Positions 11,691-26,045 are shown, counted from the stretch's first letter. The stretch is DNA of 64,000 bases from Podarcis cretensis (GCA_951804945.1 OX638155.1:13578001-13642000); one strand, 5' to 3'. Numbers and translations: made by a program. The notes: generated by a model from the sequence alone, not told the origin.

Positions 11691-14600
11691 AAACCACATA
11701 CATTATAAAAGTAGCCAGGATGAAAGCTCTCACACTAAGGCTGTTGTGAGAACTAGTCTTATCCCCTGCCCCCAAGAGAATCTGTTCCTCGTTGCACCTT
11801 TTTCTTACAGTTCAAATAAACCACAGTGAATGCTGTACTTGGAATAGCATTGTTTCACTGACAGGTTATCGGTAAAGGCCATTCCAAAAAAGTAGAATAT
11901 GGAATGAAGCTGTGTTCACAATGCTCCACTTGCCAACAGCAACACTGTACAGCAGGTAAGGAACACAAACTCCACCTTAGTCACCCACCTTTAAACGTTT
12001 GAGTGGCATGAACGCGCCAACTTGGCAGCTGAAAGAGCACCATCAGAGGTGGCCTAAATTGCTTTCTAAGGGGTAATGAAACGGAAATGACATTAAAAGT
12101 TACTGGTGCAGCCTAGTATAATGTTAACACACTCATTCTGAACACAACCTTGCTGCATCAGCTGCACATTTGCAAAGCGACAAGAGAAAACACAAATGCA
12201 GGTTTTCAATCACTGTCACTTTTAACAATCACTCTTCAGGCATACTCTTCCTATTCAGGAGTCTCAAGGAATGAATATACTGTTGCTCTGGCTACAGTGC
12301 TTGCCACTATGTGACAATGTCATTCATCATAGGTGCAATACATGTGTTCTTTGGGTAAAACCTTGGATTAACGTCCAAGGAAGCTATCCTTTAATAAATG
12401 CAAGGACTTGTCCTAAATGAAGCTAAAACTCTTTTAAGTGCAGTGATGGCTTATTGTTTGATGTGCTTCTATTAATGGAATTTTCCCAAGGCCACATTAA
12501 ATCTAGTGTGCACATTTATATTCATAACTATGGACCCATTGCCTCTTCCCATAAGTCTTACTCATCCTTCAATCTCCAATGGATAGTGCTCATTAACTTT
12601 TATGGAAAAGTTATGCTCTTGGAAAGATAGCTGAGGAAGGGTACCACCCCAGCCTCCAACACTGGGGTAACTGCTGTTTGTGGAAGTCATTGCCTTTTAT
12701 GGGAGAAAGTATGTATAACTGACTGTACCAACATGTACTTTGCTAATCTAGCAACGATGGACAGAATTTGACAAGACCTTAAATGCTCACTTTATTGGTT
12801 TTTCAATAGACCCTGGGATGCTACTCTACATGGGCAAAGTGAGGCACCTAAGAAATAAATCCTGCAAACCAACCAACCACCGACCCCCTGTGAAACTCAG
12901 CAGAGAGCAAAAGAGGCTCCAAGGTTATGCTTGGTAGTACCTGGTAGCTAAATGACAATGATTTTAAAAGCAACAGTAGCCTTGCAGTCTGCAGTCATAT
13001 TTTTTAAAGATTTAAAGCGCAAGTGAAAATTTCCTTTCCATTTAGCTTACATTTTTAAAGGGAAAATTATCTTTCAAAAGGAGAGAGGTGTGAATTAATT
13101 TTTAATGTTAGAATACTTACAAGGTAAAGGAACCCTGTGAGATTTCAGAGAATGAAATAAGGAACGCTTTGCTAGGAGCAACCAACAAGCCTAGAATAAA
13201 AGAAATGAGCAAAAATAGAAAAGTCGCAGAAAAACTGGGTGCTATTGCTGTCCTGTTTCACATCTAGGACTGGGCATTCTACAAGAAATTACTCAACCCC
13301 TGACCTCTTTCTCATGGCCACTTCATAAATTTCATTTTTAGGTTTACACCTGTGTACACCTAAAATATATGGTGTGAATGAGACACGCCTTGTGCTACCT
13401 GTTTATGGTCAGTGGGAAACAGTTGGCGTTTGCCTCTTCAAAAAAAATGTGTAAAATGCCCCTGGCACAGTGCCAAATATTATGGAGATAGGGGTGGGAG
13501 AAGGAAATGAAATCACCTCACACTTTGCCTCTGGGCTTCACTATGAAAGAAGTCCTGCATCTTCTTCCTTGGAGAGATGCTTCTGCTCATATGGAGATGA
13601 CTTTGCTTGAGGGCAGGGATGAGAAAATGTTCTATTTCAGGTGTGACCCCCACTCTGCTGCCTTAACCCCCATTGTATTTGAAGCCATACTTAGTATCTT
13701 CACAGACAGGGTTTTGAGAATAAAATGAGACAACTTGGAGGGAGGGCGAGATACAAATCGGCCTAATAAATAAATCACAAATTGTTAAAGCAATTATGAA
13801 TTGTATGTGATTTGACTTCTGATGCTATGGCCATTTCTGTCACTAAATGCCACTTGTCAAGCGGGTGGCTGATGCTGAAAGGGTTTTGGCAGTGCCAACT
13901 TTAATTATTAATAATTTGATATTTCAAGTAGGGCTCACAGTTCAGTTTTTTTAGCATTCGGGGTCCATTATGGAGAGCTGAGGGGGAAGAGCTGTCAGTT
14001 AAACGTGTCCACAGCATTTGGCAAATGTACCTGTTTAGAGCAAAAAGTGCTGTAGGAAGCATGCTCTGAATACTGCATCCTAAGGTATGAGACAGCGGAC
14101 CAGTTTCAAAATTTAAGATTCCGAAGTGATTGACTCTGGAAAAAAAGGGTTTGTGTGGTTGTTGTTTTTTAAAAGGTGACACTCCATGTGGAGGGCATGT
14201 TTGTGAAGAACATTTTATCCTGAGGAGATTTGGAATTACAGCTTGTAACTATGTACCACCACCACTCAAGGGATGGGGGACCTCTCTGGATGACCTGTCC
14301 TCAGACTGGTGGAATCAGAAGGATTCCCGAATGCTCTGGAGGACCTTCTGGTGGGTAGAGCCGTGGATAGAGCACTTGAAGTGGTGAGATGTGGTAAGCT
14401 GTCAATAAGGCCACTCCTGCGCACCATCTCTAGTGCCGTGGAGTGTGTTCAGCAGGGAACTAAGGGCTATGAAACAAGAGCTAGAACAGGAGCTAGAACA
14501 CAGGTAGGTATACATTATCAAGCCTATGGTTTGGACAGCACATTCCATAGCTGCTGCTGCTGCTATTATATTCTCAGCTGAGCTCTGTAAGGGTTGCCTA

Positions 14601-14939
14601 GGGTCTTTGTGCTTGGTTGCCTAGTGCTTGTCAATGAAGCACTGGATCCTTCTGTTTCCTGCTGTGTATATTTGCAAGACATTTTGAGGGTAAACTCACT
14701 TGACTTCACAATGACCTTGATGCTGTTATTAATTAGAGCAAGTCTTGATGAGGAGTCCAAAATTCCATCTAACTGAGTTCTATGGGATCAGTTTTAGATG
14801 ATGTGGTTGGAAGCTGTTGACCCTTGTCTATGTTGACCAATTAAAGCTAGCTGGGTAGGTGTGACTATGGAGGTTCATGAATGTCTCATTCATTACAAGA
14901 AGGAGTGACAGTTATTTCATATTATTTTAGCTTCTACAC

Positions 14940-15195
14940 AAAGGCGTTTAGCATAGTGGCACCAGTACAATGGAACACTGTTCCCATTGAAATCAGACAG
15001 AGACTCACAATTCTGATAATCCTCTGCATGTTGGAGACACTTCCGTTTTGCCAAACATGTTTAGAGAATTAATTTAATTTACTATTGGTCATAAGTTCTG
15101 TGTTTTATGATTTTTATGATGTTTTAATTACTTTGTTGTATACCAAACCTTTTTAATGAGTAGGCTATTTAGAAATAGTCTTATAAATAAAATAG
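14940..15195 (+). mobile_element. Old L2 LINE 3' fragment
   Basis: Translates KAFSIVAPVQWNTVPIEIRQ and is followed by an AT-rich tail ending AAATAAAATA. Confidence 0.6.
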
Positions 15196-16005
15196 TAAAC
15201 AAATGTATGGTTGGTGATAATTATGCCAAGTGTCTTAATGCCCCCAGCACTTCTACTCATGGATGGCTTAGGATGCTGGCATGGGGTGCTTCACGTGATC
15301 AGCCCAAACCATGCAGTAACTTGTTTAAAATTGTGCAGTACTTGCCTGGTATGGGGTACCGCATGGAAGCAAGTGTTTTTGCTAGGAGTCATGTAGGAAC
15401 TTTAACACCTAATTCAGACTGGATGGCTCTTAGTCAAAGACAACTAGTGGAAAATGTGAGCTTTGCTATTACATACTAAGGATATTCAAAGCTAAACTAC
15501 ATGTTAAATGTGAATATGCATTTAGGGTGTGTGTATGCTTATTTGAAAAGCAGCCATAGAGGGACTGTGATCCAGATCAGGCCTGAGTTGCATTTCCCAC
15601 ACACCAAAATCCAAATGGAGAAACCCACCTCTACCCAGATGCTATTTGCCCTTGGAGAAAAGTTGCCATTGAACTTCCCTGAACTTCTTTCCTACAACAG
15701 GTTAGAGAACATGATATGCTATTGCTAAAGGGCCATTATTACAGCCTTTTGGGCAAAAAAAGCAACAGTTTCAAGTAACAAACACAAAGACTTTGAATTA
15801 TTTTAATTGCTGTTAATCAGAACTTCTCTGGCTTTTCAAAATATTTTATTAAAAAGTGGATCCTAGATCTTGCACAGCATATGAGAAGCAGTTTCAAAAT
15901 TGTCACAGTCATAAATCTGAGCATTTCTGTTTTTGTATCCCCTCCACTGTTTGGCATAACTCTGACCCCACCCCCCATGCAATATCTTTACACTGGCCAT
16001 TAAGT

Positions 16006-16196
16006 TAAAGGTAAAGATAAAGGACCCCAGGACAGTTAAGACCAGTCAAAGGTTGCGGTGCTCATCTCGCTTTCAGGTCAAGGGGGCCGGCGTTTGCCCA
16101 GACAGCTTTCCCGGTCATGTGGCCAGCATGCCTAAATTGCTTCTGGCGCAATGGGACACCATGATGAGTGCCAGGGCGCACAGAAACACCATTTAT
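16006..16196 (-). mobile_element. Sauria SINE, 5'-truncated
   Basis: Reverse-complemented (ACCTTT)n tail AAAGGTAAAG followed by the SINE 3' half (GCTCATCTCGC...CATGTGGCCAGCATG). Confidence 0.85.
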
Positions 16197-16313
16197 TGTC
16201 CATTAATGATAAGATGTCTAGGTGTATTCTGCAGTCTTTTAGAAATATTGCTTTCCAGTTCCGTTATGCAGATACAGTACTACTGTGGTCTTGTTCTCAG
16301 GCCATTTTCTGTA

Positions 16314-16677
16314 AGGTAAAGGTAAAGGTACCCCTGCCCGTACGGGCCAGTCTTGACAGACTCTGGGGTTGTGCGCTCATCTCACTTAAGAGGCCAGGGG
16401 CCAGCGCTGTCCGGAGACACTTCCGGGTCACGTGGCCAGCGTGACATCGCTGCTCTGGCGAGCCAGAGTCGCACACGGAAACGCCGTTTACCTTCCCGCT
16501 GGTAAGCGGTCCCTATTTATCTACTTGCACCCGGAGGTGCTTTCGAACTGCTAGGTTGGCAGGCGCTGGGACCGAGCAGCGGGAGCGCACCCCGCCGCAG
16601 GGATTCGAACCGTCGACCTTTCGATCGGCAAGCCCTAGGCGCTGAGGCTTTAACCCACAGCGCCACCTGCGTCCCTC
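16314..16677 (-). mobile_element. Sauria SINE, full length, young CpG-rich subfamily
   Basis: tRNA-like head with box B GGTTCGAATCC and (ACCTTT)n tail. TSD CCATTTTCTGTA (16302-16313 / 16678-16689). Confidence 0.95.
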
Positions 16678-18064
16678 CCATTTTCTGTACGTAATCACTA
16701 AAGGGCCCAGATTCCCATGCAATCACTTTACATAAATTGCTTCACCCTCATTATTTATCACACTATCTATCTTCATCTGCAACATTATCAGCAATGATTG
16801 TTTTTATATCTTTCAGCAAGAACACTGTGTTGCTGCTTAACCTCAATTGGCACAAACACAAATTCAAACAAGCTGTGAGTGAAAGTGGAACAGGATGATA
16901 TATCTCTCAACCTTCACTGGAGAATACCCTATTAGCAACAAGCCAGAGAAGGCGCTACCTTTCATTTGAAACCATCAAATGCCAGAGTGAGAAAGGTGGA
17001 TGCTAACATGAGCACAACGTCTTTCAGAAGAATTACTGTATGCACTTAAAACTAGTGACATTTACAGCTGTCCAAACTGTATATTGTTCCTTCATTGTAG
17101 TTAACTAAATGTCAGCTGTTGATGCCTGAGCCAAAGCTAAGACCTGGAAACCTGGTTAGTGAGTGGTACAGTTTTTTATTAATGTTTTTAACCTTCTTCT
17201 GAAGGCTTATTCCAGAATTCCCCACCCTGGTACCCTCCAGATGTTTTGGGACTTCAACTCACCCCTGCTGTGTTGGCTGGGGCTGATAGGGGTTACAATC
17301 AGATTTGGAAGCACTGCCTTATGCCAGGATCACACAAAGAGACTTACTGATATATAGGATGCTTCAAATTGTTCTGAAGGTAGTGCCCCCGCTTTTAGTT
17401 GGAAAGTCGGACAGAAAACAGATGATCACATTGGAGAGCAGTGCTATAGATGATAGTCACAACCTTGGACACATGTAATACATCTAGAGGTATGGTGTTT
17501 TCTCCAGTAGACATTTCCTCCCTAAAACTACAAAACTAAAAAGGCAGTTTGAGGATCTGCTTAACATCTGCCAAGAGTGACAATCTTTTTCTTTTTTAAA
17601 AAAAATCACATTCATGCATCACAGGCAATTACTCTGTCATCAACTCATGTGACTTAAACCCCAAATGAAGTCATGTGGAACTTCAGCAGGAAAGATTGCT
17701 TACTATGCTGCCAAGAGCAGCAGTTGCAACCCAGGCGCAGCCATGGTTGGGCTGGGCTTCCCCACCTCAGCTTTGACGCAGCAGGAAGGGGCACTTCTGC
17801 CTCCTCTTGCTGTGTCAACTGCTGGGAATGTGCCTGCATGGCCAATCACGCATGTGTGAGGGGGCAGGCTTGGGGGTGGACCTGAGAGATAACCTCTTTC
17901 TTCTGGTCTGCTCCCTGCCCATGGCCATGTAAAGCTGGTTGCATCGAGGCCTTGGCAATTGATCAGCACTGATTCCCCACTGTCCCGCACTGATTTGCAA
18001 GGTTTATGGGCTGCCTGAAGGTGAGCAGGCATGCCCTTGCTAGACCTTGCTATGGACCTCACCA

Positions 18065-18065
<1 letters not shown>

Positions 18066-18130
<65 letters not shown>

Positions 18131-18210
18131 TGGCAGCTCCCAACAGAATATCAAAAACACAATAAAACATTAAAAATTAAAAAATTCCCTAAACAGGGCT
18201 GCCTTCATAT
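18066..18210 (-). mobile_element. L2 3' tail with compound (ATT)n(CAT)n microsatellite
   Basis: Microsatellite 18066-18130 followed by GCAGCTCCCAACAG...TTCCCTAAACAGGGCTGCCTTCA, as in the other L2 tails. Confidence 0.75.
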
Positions 18211-18780
18211 GGGCCTGGGAAGAGCTTTTTTCTTGTTGACTAATGGGGCCTGCCTGCAGTTCTGCCTACCTCTTAGCACTTGCCACAACTTGTTAGCAGA
18301 AAAGGCATTGAGTTGGATCCTTAGTCCACACAGATAGAGGTGGGGACCCCCTCTTTGCTATCATGGAATATCCCTTTAAACGAGCCTGGGGGGATGATTC
18401 ATGTCCAAATGCCCAGCTCGGGGGCTGACAGACCTTAGCACCTCTGATGTACTGTCCACATGTCCCTCTGGAATATGTTTGCTGGCTTTGATCTTAAGAT
18501 TTTTGTGTGTAACCATAGTTTGCATACGTAATACCGTGCAGGAGGAAGTCATGGTTAATGTTTAGAACATTCCTATACTCCTTACATGTTTCCCACTTAT
18601 GCTAAAAGCTATGGATCAAGCACATAACCTGAACTGTAAGTTTAACGTTACTGAAGTTGCAACATTGTGCTGCACAGAAAAACACACTACATGACAGGAG
18701 TAAAATGCTCTTTTTTTTACAGAATGAGCTCTCTGGTTACCAGCTTTATTAAATTAACCAAAGAATCCTGTATTTTCTTA

Positions 18781-19139
18781 AAGGTAAAGGGTAAAGGGAC
18801 CCCTGGCCATTAGGTTCAGTCGTGACCAACTCTGGGGTTGCGGTGCTCATCTCGCTTTATTGGCCGAGGGAGCCGGTGTACAGATTCCGGGTCATGTGGC
18901 CAGCATGACTAAGCCGCTTCTGGCGAACCAGAGCAGCACACGGAAACGCAATTTACCTTCCCGCTGGAAGTACCTATTTATCTACTTGCACTTTGATGTG
19001 CTTTCGAACTGCTAGGTTGGCAGGAGTAGGGACCGAGCAACGGGAGCTCACCCCATCACAGGGATTCGAACTGCTGACCTTCTGATCAGCAAGTCATAGG
19101 CTCTGTGGTTTAACCCATAGTGCCACCCGCTTCCCTGAT
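18781..19139 (-). mobile_element. Sauria SINE, full length
   Basis: Family head and tail. TSD TGTATTTTCTTA (18769-18780 / 19140-19151). Confidence 0.95.
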
Positions 19140-21423
19140 TGTATTTTCTTAGCTGAAGTTAAATATATATACTGTACACACATGCACAAACAATTGCTGG
19201 AAATGGTCTTAACTGAAAGCCTATTTGAAAAGCTAGTGTGACCAATATACAGATAAAATAAAATTAAATTAAGGTGATATTGGTAATACGAGGTCCCTGC
19301 CTTGCTGAAGCTAAGTAGGTCTGGTTCTAGATATGAGACATCTTGATAAATTCATGTATGCCGACTTAGGTGCAAACACAGAAGAAAGGAGAGGCTATAG
19401 AATGTAAGGAAATAATAAAAAAGGAAGTATATTCCGCTCTTCTCACCAGCAGCTTGCAATAATTATTTCCTGGAGACTTCATGTATTAATTTGAACATGC
19501 TGCTACTTGTTGACAAACTGAACAGTGATCAATTCCCAGGTGCTTTTTTTTTTAATCAAGTAGTTAAGGAAGGACATTGGCTAAATAAATGAAAACCTAA
19601 ACCTGAACACATCAGATATTAGAACATTTAGAACTGTGAGGGCTAGCTAGATATTATTTTTTATTTTCATGTAATGCAACCTAAATGTCTTACATTATTT
19701 ACTTTTGCATTTAATTTAGTCTTTTTGTTGTAAGCATATTACATACATGAAATATAAACATTTAAAATACAAATATGTTGCATTTCCTATCTCCAATATT
19801 TATATATTCATTCACAATGTCCAAAATAAACAGAATATGCAAAATAAATTCTCATTAAACTAATTATTAATTATTTTACATTTTCTACTATTTAAGACAT
19901 CAAAAATGCATTGTGTTGCATCCAATGGTTGCATGAGAAGAGGGAAGCCCACAAAACTGAGCTTTCCTCTCCTTTGCATCTCCCTGCATCCCCACAAAAC
20001 CCTCTCCATAGGGTTTCCCCCTATGAACATGTCATAAGGGCTACAGTGGGAAGGTGGAATCACCCCAAATTGGGTGGAGCCTGGAGGAGTCTTGTTCCAA
20101 AAGGAGCTCTGCTCCTGCAAAATCTCTCTGCCTAATTTGGGCAATTCCCACCGCCCACCACACTGCAGCCCCTGGAGAGGATTTCTGGGTGGGGGGAGGA
20201 AAGAGTGTGTTTGCATGAGCTACCTTCCACTCACACAGCCATTGGATAAATATTACAGGCTAAAAAAAACAACCCAGCAGTTATAATGGGGTTCATGATT
20301 TCTCAAAAGTTTATTTCTGTTTAATTTTCTTTTGGCATTCCACATATTCTGTCAATCTGGCCATTTGAGCCAAATACTAAATTAATTTAATCATAGTTGG
20401 CACATTATGTAAACACCATTTAGAAGCTATCGGGATTTTTGCTGGAGTTCATGCCAATTCCAGATGTTTCAATTCACTTTTCTTCTTAAACATCCTGGCA
20501 GTCCATGAAATGGACTTAATTGTAAAGGGTATTCAATCATCCGACTAATAGAAATACTAAGATAATTCCAGAAATGATGTTATCTTCTTACACTTCCACC
20601 ACATATGCGTAAAATTCACAATTCTTTTCCTACACCTTTTTGTATTTAGTATTGGATGTATTAAAAGAGCTAGCTTTTAAAATCCTGCTTGCACTGATTT
20701 TTGAAACAGCATCTCTGGTAACATAAAAAAAACCACACGCACACAGCAAAGTAATACATTTGGAATAAATAATTGTTTTGTCTGAGATGGACATTATAAA
20801 GGTCAAGCATATAATGGGGTTTTAGAATTATTCATTGCATAGTATCTTATTTCATTCTCTCTGGCTTTCTGCATTGTAAAATTTGGTTTTAGTCATGTAG
20901 TTAATCTGCAATAACTGTATAAGAACTTGTCTCTATATGAGCGTAAAGAAAGTTAGGAAAAGAAATACATATTTGCAATAATGATACATTGCCAAGCAGA
21001 ACACCCTATTTAATCAACCAAAGCTTTATTTAAGAGTCATTTGCAATCAGACCATAATTATGCCATTAAAAGTATAGACCTGACTATAATAATTAGCCAT
21101 CAGGGAATTTACAATATATCTGTAACCTAAGAATCTTTGGCAAAATAAATATTATGAGAAGCACGGCACAAAAATTAATTTATGACTGCAACTGCAGTCT
21201 TTCCCTAGTTTTTCATATTTTGGGCATTCTTTCTAGGGATTTGAATGTGCTTAAGTTGTGAAACATCTGTGTTTACTCCATTAGAAAAAAAACACAAATT
21301 GCATTTTTATGGATTAAAACAGGCACCACACTTAATGCTGAACGCTTGAGAATAACTCATTACCAAAGAAATTAAAGGTTTAAATTTTTATTTATCTGGA
21401 TAACGTGACAATTCCTTTAACAG

Positions 21424-21689
21424 AGGAGCCAGTGTGGTGTAGTGGTTAAGAGCGGTAGTCTCATAATCTGGGGAACCGGGTTCGCGTCTCTGCTCCTCCA
21501 CATGCAGCTGCTGGGTGACCTTGGGCCAGTCACATTTCTTTGAAGTCTCTCAGCCCCACTCACCTCACAGAGTGTTTGTTGTGGGGGAGGAAGGGAAAGG
21601 AGAATGTTAGCCGCTTTGAGACTCCTTAAAGGGAGTGAAAGGCGGGATATCAAATCCAAACTCCTCCTCCTCCTCTTCTTCTTCTTCTT

Positions 21690-21719
<30 letters not shown>
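21424..21719 (+). mobile_element. tRNA-derived CORE-type SINE (Squam3-like) with (CTT)n tail
   Basis: Box A TGGTGTAGTGG, box B-like GGTTCGCGTCT, CORE segment GCTGGGTGACCTTGGGCCAGTCAC, L2-like 3' end, and (CTC/CTT)n tail at 21661-21719. Confidence 0.85.
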
Positions 21720-21721
<2 letters not shown>

Positions 21722-22124
21722 ATGTTCATTGACTCCCCTTCCTTGTTTTCTTGTGTTATGGATCTAACCCCCTTACTGCTTCAATTATTTCAAAATGCCT
21801 TTCATTTGCAGAATACTGAATATAAGGATGCAGAATATTATCAGACAAGTTGTTTTGCCTAAGTTCCCAAACTTTATAAGGGCAGCCTTAATTAAGGGCC
21901 TTAACTCACAATCCCTGACTTTTTATTTGTCCTTTTTGGGCATCTCATTTCACCCCACTACAGCTCCATACAGGGCAGGTGGCAGATATATCCTAAGATG
22001 CCACCTTGATGACAGCTACAACCTTGAAGAAATACACAGAGCCTGCGATGGCCCTCCTTAAGGAGACTTCTAAAGGCACTAAGGATGCTGATGAGTTAAA
22101 AGATGGGGAATTTTGTTTATTTAT

Positions 22125-22500
22125 CCATTTATTATTAATTCTCCACTTTTCTCCCAGTGCAGGACCCAAGGCAGCTCTCGGCATAAATTAAAACAAATAT
22201 AACTAAAAGCACATAATAAAAAAATATTAATATTAAAGAAGAAGTAAATAAGTAACGCTATGAAAAACAGCACTGAAAACACAACCACTTAAAAGTGTAA
22301 GAAAGAAAGGGCACAACACTCAGTTTCAGAAGACCCTGCCACAACAGCCAGTTAGTGGCCAAAGGCCTGATGGAACAACAACAACAAAAATACTTTGCCT
22401 GCTGGGAAAAGGAAAGCAGAAAAAAGGAGTCATTGTACCTCCCATGAAAGGGGGTTCTACAATCTGGGAGTAGCCACCAAGAAGGCTCTCTCTTGTGTCC
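22125..22500 (-). mobile_element. Old L2 LINE 3' fragment
   Basis: TTTATT tail at the left end. The minus strand near 22440-22500 encodes a degenerate 'REPSWWLLP / RAFxVAxPRLWN'-type L2 C-terminus. Confidence 0.55.
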
Positions 22501-22508
22501 TCTTACCC

Positions 22509-22654
22509 TAAGGTTACCATATTTTGAAGAGCAAAAAAGAGGACACATCTGCTGACTTCTACTTTTAACTATGGATCACTATGATGACACTCATTTTACA
22601 TACCCATCAAAAAGAGGACATGTCCTGGAATTAAGAGAACATATAGCAACCCTA
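22509..22654. mobile_element. hAT (Blackjack-like) MITE
   Basis: TIRs TAAGGTTACCATAT...ATATAGCAACCCTA with internal AAGAGGACA repeats. Confidence 0.65.
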
Positions 22655-23107
22655 TCAACCTGAGAGAGAAGATAATGAACCTAAAATCTGCCCTCCACTT
22701 CAAGGAGGTATTCATGGAAACTGAGAGCCACATTTCCATTTTTGGGAACCATGATGAAAGAACCATAACTGGAAGCCACATAACTGTAGTCATATGGAGC
22801 AATGGATGAGGAAAATGGTAGAGATTGGTGAGCAAAATGTGTCCTATAATAGACATAACATTCTTGATTTGTGGCAGAATATTTTGGCAGAAATGTATTG
22901 ATTTATGTCAATGATAAAACTCCATAAGCTTTGCATCAGTCTTCCTCTCATCTCCTTTTCTACTGTCCTTTCATATTTTGCACCCAAACCCCCCACTTCA
23001 TGCTGACCTGCTCCTGCACAGATTATTATAGTGGGAGGTCACTCTCTACCACTTGGCAGGAGGGGGAAACCTATACAGTACATTTGCAATCAATTAAATA
23101 AGCTTTA

Positions 23108-23464
23108 GGGACGCGGGTGGCACTGCGGGTTAAACCACAGAGCCTAGGGCTTGCCAATCAGAAGGTCGGCAGTTCGAATCCCCGCGACGGGGTGAGCTCC
23201 TGTTGCTCGGTCCCAGCTCCTGCCAACCTAGCAGTTCGAACGCATGTCGAAGTGCAAGTAGATAAATAGGTACCGCTCCAGCGGGAAGGTAAACGGCATT
23301 TTCGTGCTCTGCTCTGGCTCTCCAGAAGCAGCTTAGTCATGCTGGCCGCATGACTGTGACCACATGAGCTGTACGCCGGCTCCCTCGGCCAATAAAGTGA
23401 GATGGGCGCCACAACCCCAGAGTCCATCATGACTGGACCTAATGGTCAGGGTCCCTTTACCTTT
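23108..23464 (+). mobile_element. Sauria SINE, full length
   Basis: Head GGGACGCGGGTGGC, box B, tail CCTTTACCTTT. TSD AAATAAGCTTT on both sides. Confidence 0.95.
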
Positions 23465-24387
23465 AAATAAGCTTTTATTTATCATCTCCTGACTGAGCTT
23501 TCTAGTGGCTTCATGTTTGCGTATTATTAGTTTTATTAACATGCGTATTATTAACATGTTTTCTGGGTTGTTGACAATAGAGTTTATAAGATGTATTTGT
23601 TTTAAAGACACACACAAACACAAGCAAACAGATAGTGACTGAGTCAACGACTAGGGTACTGAACATGATGCTTATTCACAATTACTGCACCATCCAGAAA
23701 TTTCAAAGCAAATACTCCACCGCTTTGCATTTTCCTGTATCCGTAGTAAAGTAACAGTACAAAATTGTTGCACAACAAGACACAAGACCTGGCTTATGAC
23801 TGCTTTCATTATTGTTCTGCTTAGGCAGATGTATAAGTCGTATAAGACAACACTTTGTCTAATATAGTGGAGTCCATAGGACTACAGACGTTACATTCTG
23901 TCATCATGTCATGTGACTATTGAATGTGTTCAGAAGGCTTTAAAAGTACTTGTATGGCTAAATAAGACCAGCCACTTCAGGGAGTTTGGTCTCACTAAGA
24001 TTGAAGTCACTGGTCAAAATTAGTGACTTGCTTCAGCCTCTCTCAAAATGTTGACCTTGCATGCTCATGTGAGCAATTGGGCATGATCTAAAAAGCTCAT
24101 AGATTTTGGCTCAGTGTCCATGATCTGGGAGGCTGTAAATTTGCCTTGAGAGGATTGCAGAAGATGCAGAAGATTCTCATGTAACATGTATCTTGCAGCC
24201 CAGCCCAGTTTCCTCGTGCATCTTCCACACTCTCTATGTGACTGGAGAGCTATATTCATGGGACAACCATGTGCATTTAGCATGGGTAACATGTAACTTG
24301 GTTGATCCCTGGAAATTCTACAAATATATAAAAGATTTCAGAAACAAAATACCATTTTTATATACATCCAATAGGGTTTGTCTATGT

Positions 24388-24523
24388 CTGTGATGGCCAA
24401 ACTTGGCCCTCCAGCTGTTTTGGGACTATAATTCCCATCATCCCTAGCTAACAGGACCAGTAGTCAGGGATGATGGGAATTGTAGTCCCAAAACAACTGG
24501 AGGGCCAAGTTTGGCCATCGCTG
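24388..24523. mobile_element. Palindromic hAT (Charlie-type) MITE
   Basis: Near-perfect 136-bp palindrome with a perfect 8-bp TSD GTCTATGT (24380-24387 / 24524-24531). Confidence 0.95.
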
Positions 24524-24580
24524 GTCTATGTGCTGAAAAGTGGGATTTGTGATTTTTATAATTGCCTTTTCTTATCATTA

Positions 24581-24940
24581 AAGGTAAAGGACCCCTGACA
24601 GTTAAGTCCAGTTGCGAACGACTCTGGGGTTGCGGCGCTCATCTCGCTTTACTGGCCAAGGGAGCCAGCGTTTGTCCGCAGACAGCTTCCAGGTCATGTG
24701 GCCAGCATGACTAAGCTGCTTCTGGCGAAACCAGAGCAGCACATGGAAACACCGTTTACCTTCCCGCCAGAGCGGTACCTATTTATCTACTTGAACTTTG
24801 AAGTGCTTTCAAACTGCTAGGTTGGCAGGAGCTGGGACTGAACAACGGGAGCTCACCCCATTGTGGGGATTCGAACTGCCGACCTTCCGATTGGCAAGCC
24901 CAAGGCTCAGTGGTTTAACCCACAGCACCACCCTCGTCCC
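24581..24940 (-). mobile_element. Sauria SINE, full length
   Basis: Family head and tail. TSD TTTCTTATCATTA on both sides. Confidence 0.95.
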
Positions 24941-25891
24941 CTTTCTTATCATTAGCATAGTGTTTAAGCCTATTTGTTCAAAATTTTAAGTTCTTTGACG
25001 CAATAACATTTTGCATTGCATTTTTTTATTATTAAAAAACCCACCCAGTGCTGCAACTTACAGTTTACTTTCATGATATAATAATCAACTTTATAGTTTC
25101 CAATGCTCCCTTGTCTGGAAATCACCACCAAGTCTCTTTTTAAACCATTCAGTGAAGCTCCTCATAATAGCTTTATTATGCTTTTGTTCCAATTCACAAA
25201 GAGTCTCCAATACTGAATCCCATGGTAACTGATTTTCCTCATGAGTAGGGTTGGAGCAGCATACAAATGGAAAAGCCTTATTATGACACTGAGCCCATCT
25301 CCTTTCAAGCTCCAGATACAGCCCCTACTGTGCATTTCACATCTTGCCAAAGTCAGGAAGGCAAGAAAGGCACCAGCCAAAAGTAAAGGGAAACAAAAAA
25401 AGAATGAAAAGGGGGTCAGTTCTAGGGTTTCAAAGGAAACACTCATCAGAATAATGTGACCTATTCCTAAATTAGTAAGAAAAGAAAGCCTCTTGCATCA
25501 GTTTGGTACTATATATAACTAATTTGAGTGTTAGTGGCTGTGAAAGTAGAAAAGCAAATCAGCATACAATGTACTGAAAGATCAGACTTGGGGTTTTCAC
25601 TTTTTGACTGCAGCCTGGTTTGGTATTCAAGTGAAAATGACCAAACATTGATCAGAGAAACTCTAGGAGGCATGGCTATCCTCATTTTACACGGAATAAT
25701 ACATGGAATACACTCCTTGAGATCTCCCATTGAGTCAACAGGGAGATTGTGGTTTTAGAAAATGAATATAATTACATGGCAGTATTTGCTGTAACATAGT
25801 GGGGCCTCCAGCTATGTTAGCTTTGCTTACTCTGCATTCTTCCCTACCAACAAATTGTTATTGTTAAAGAGGTTTTTTGGGGGGAAGAAAC

Positions 25892-26027
25892 CAGTTATAT
25901 TTTTCTAGAAAAAGAAGTGCCAGAACTCACCATGAAAACCTCCCTTGTTCTCTTATAATGGCAATGGTGCCCACCTGAGAGGTGCCGGGACTAAGTTCTG
26001 GTGAGTTCCAACTTTAAAAAAGCCCTG
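25892..26027. mobile_element. hAT (Tip100-like) MITE
   Basis: Degenerate CAG...TTTTT start and AAAAAAGCCCTG end, with subterminal GTGCC(A/G)G(A/G)ACT repeats. Confidence 0.6.
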
Positions 26028-26045
26028 AGGAGCTCCCTAAAGTTC

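Noticed and set aside
16513-16726. Recurrent similar ORFs (16517, 33065, 23158, 24798, 56655, 61407 and others) suggesting a gene family
   Set aside because: All are translations of Sauria SINE copies, and the frames are not consistently preserved.
17703-18337. ORFs with poly-D/N and poly-Y/H tracts (also poly-S at 21635 and KERK repeats at 40858-41153)
   Set aside because: These are translations of microsatellites.
21424-21500. tRNA gene (also the SINE heads with GGTTCGAATCC)
   Set aside because: The A/B boxes continue into SINE bodies and tails, and there is no complete cloverleaf.
25422-25465. Minus-strand CTGATGA...GAAAC resembling a hammerhead ribozyme core
   Set aside because: Stems I-III cannot be formed convincingly, so this is likely a chance match.
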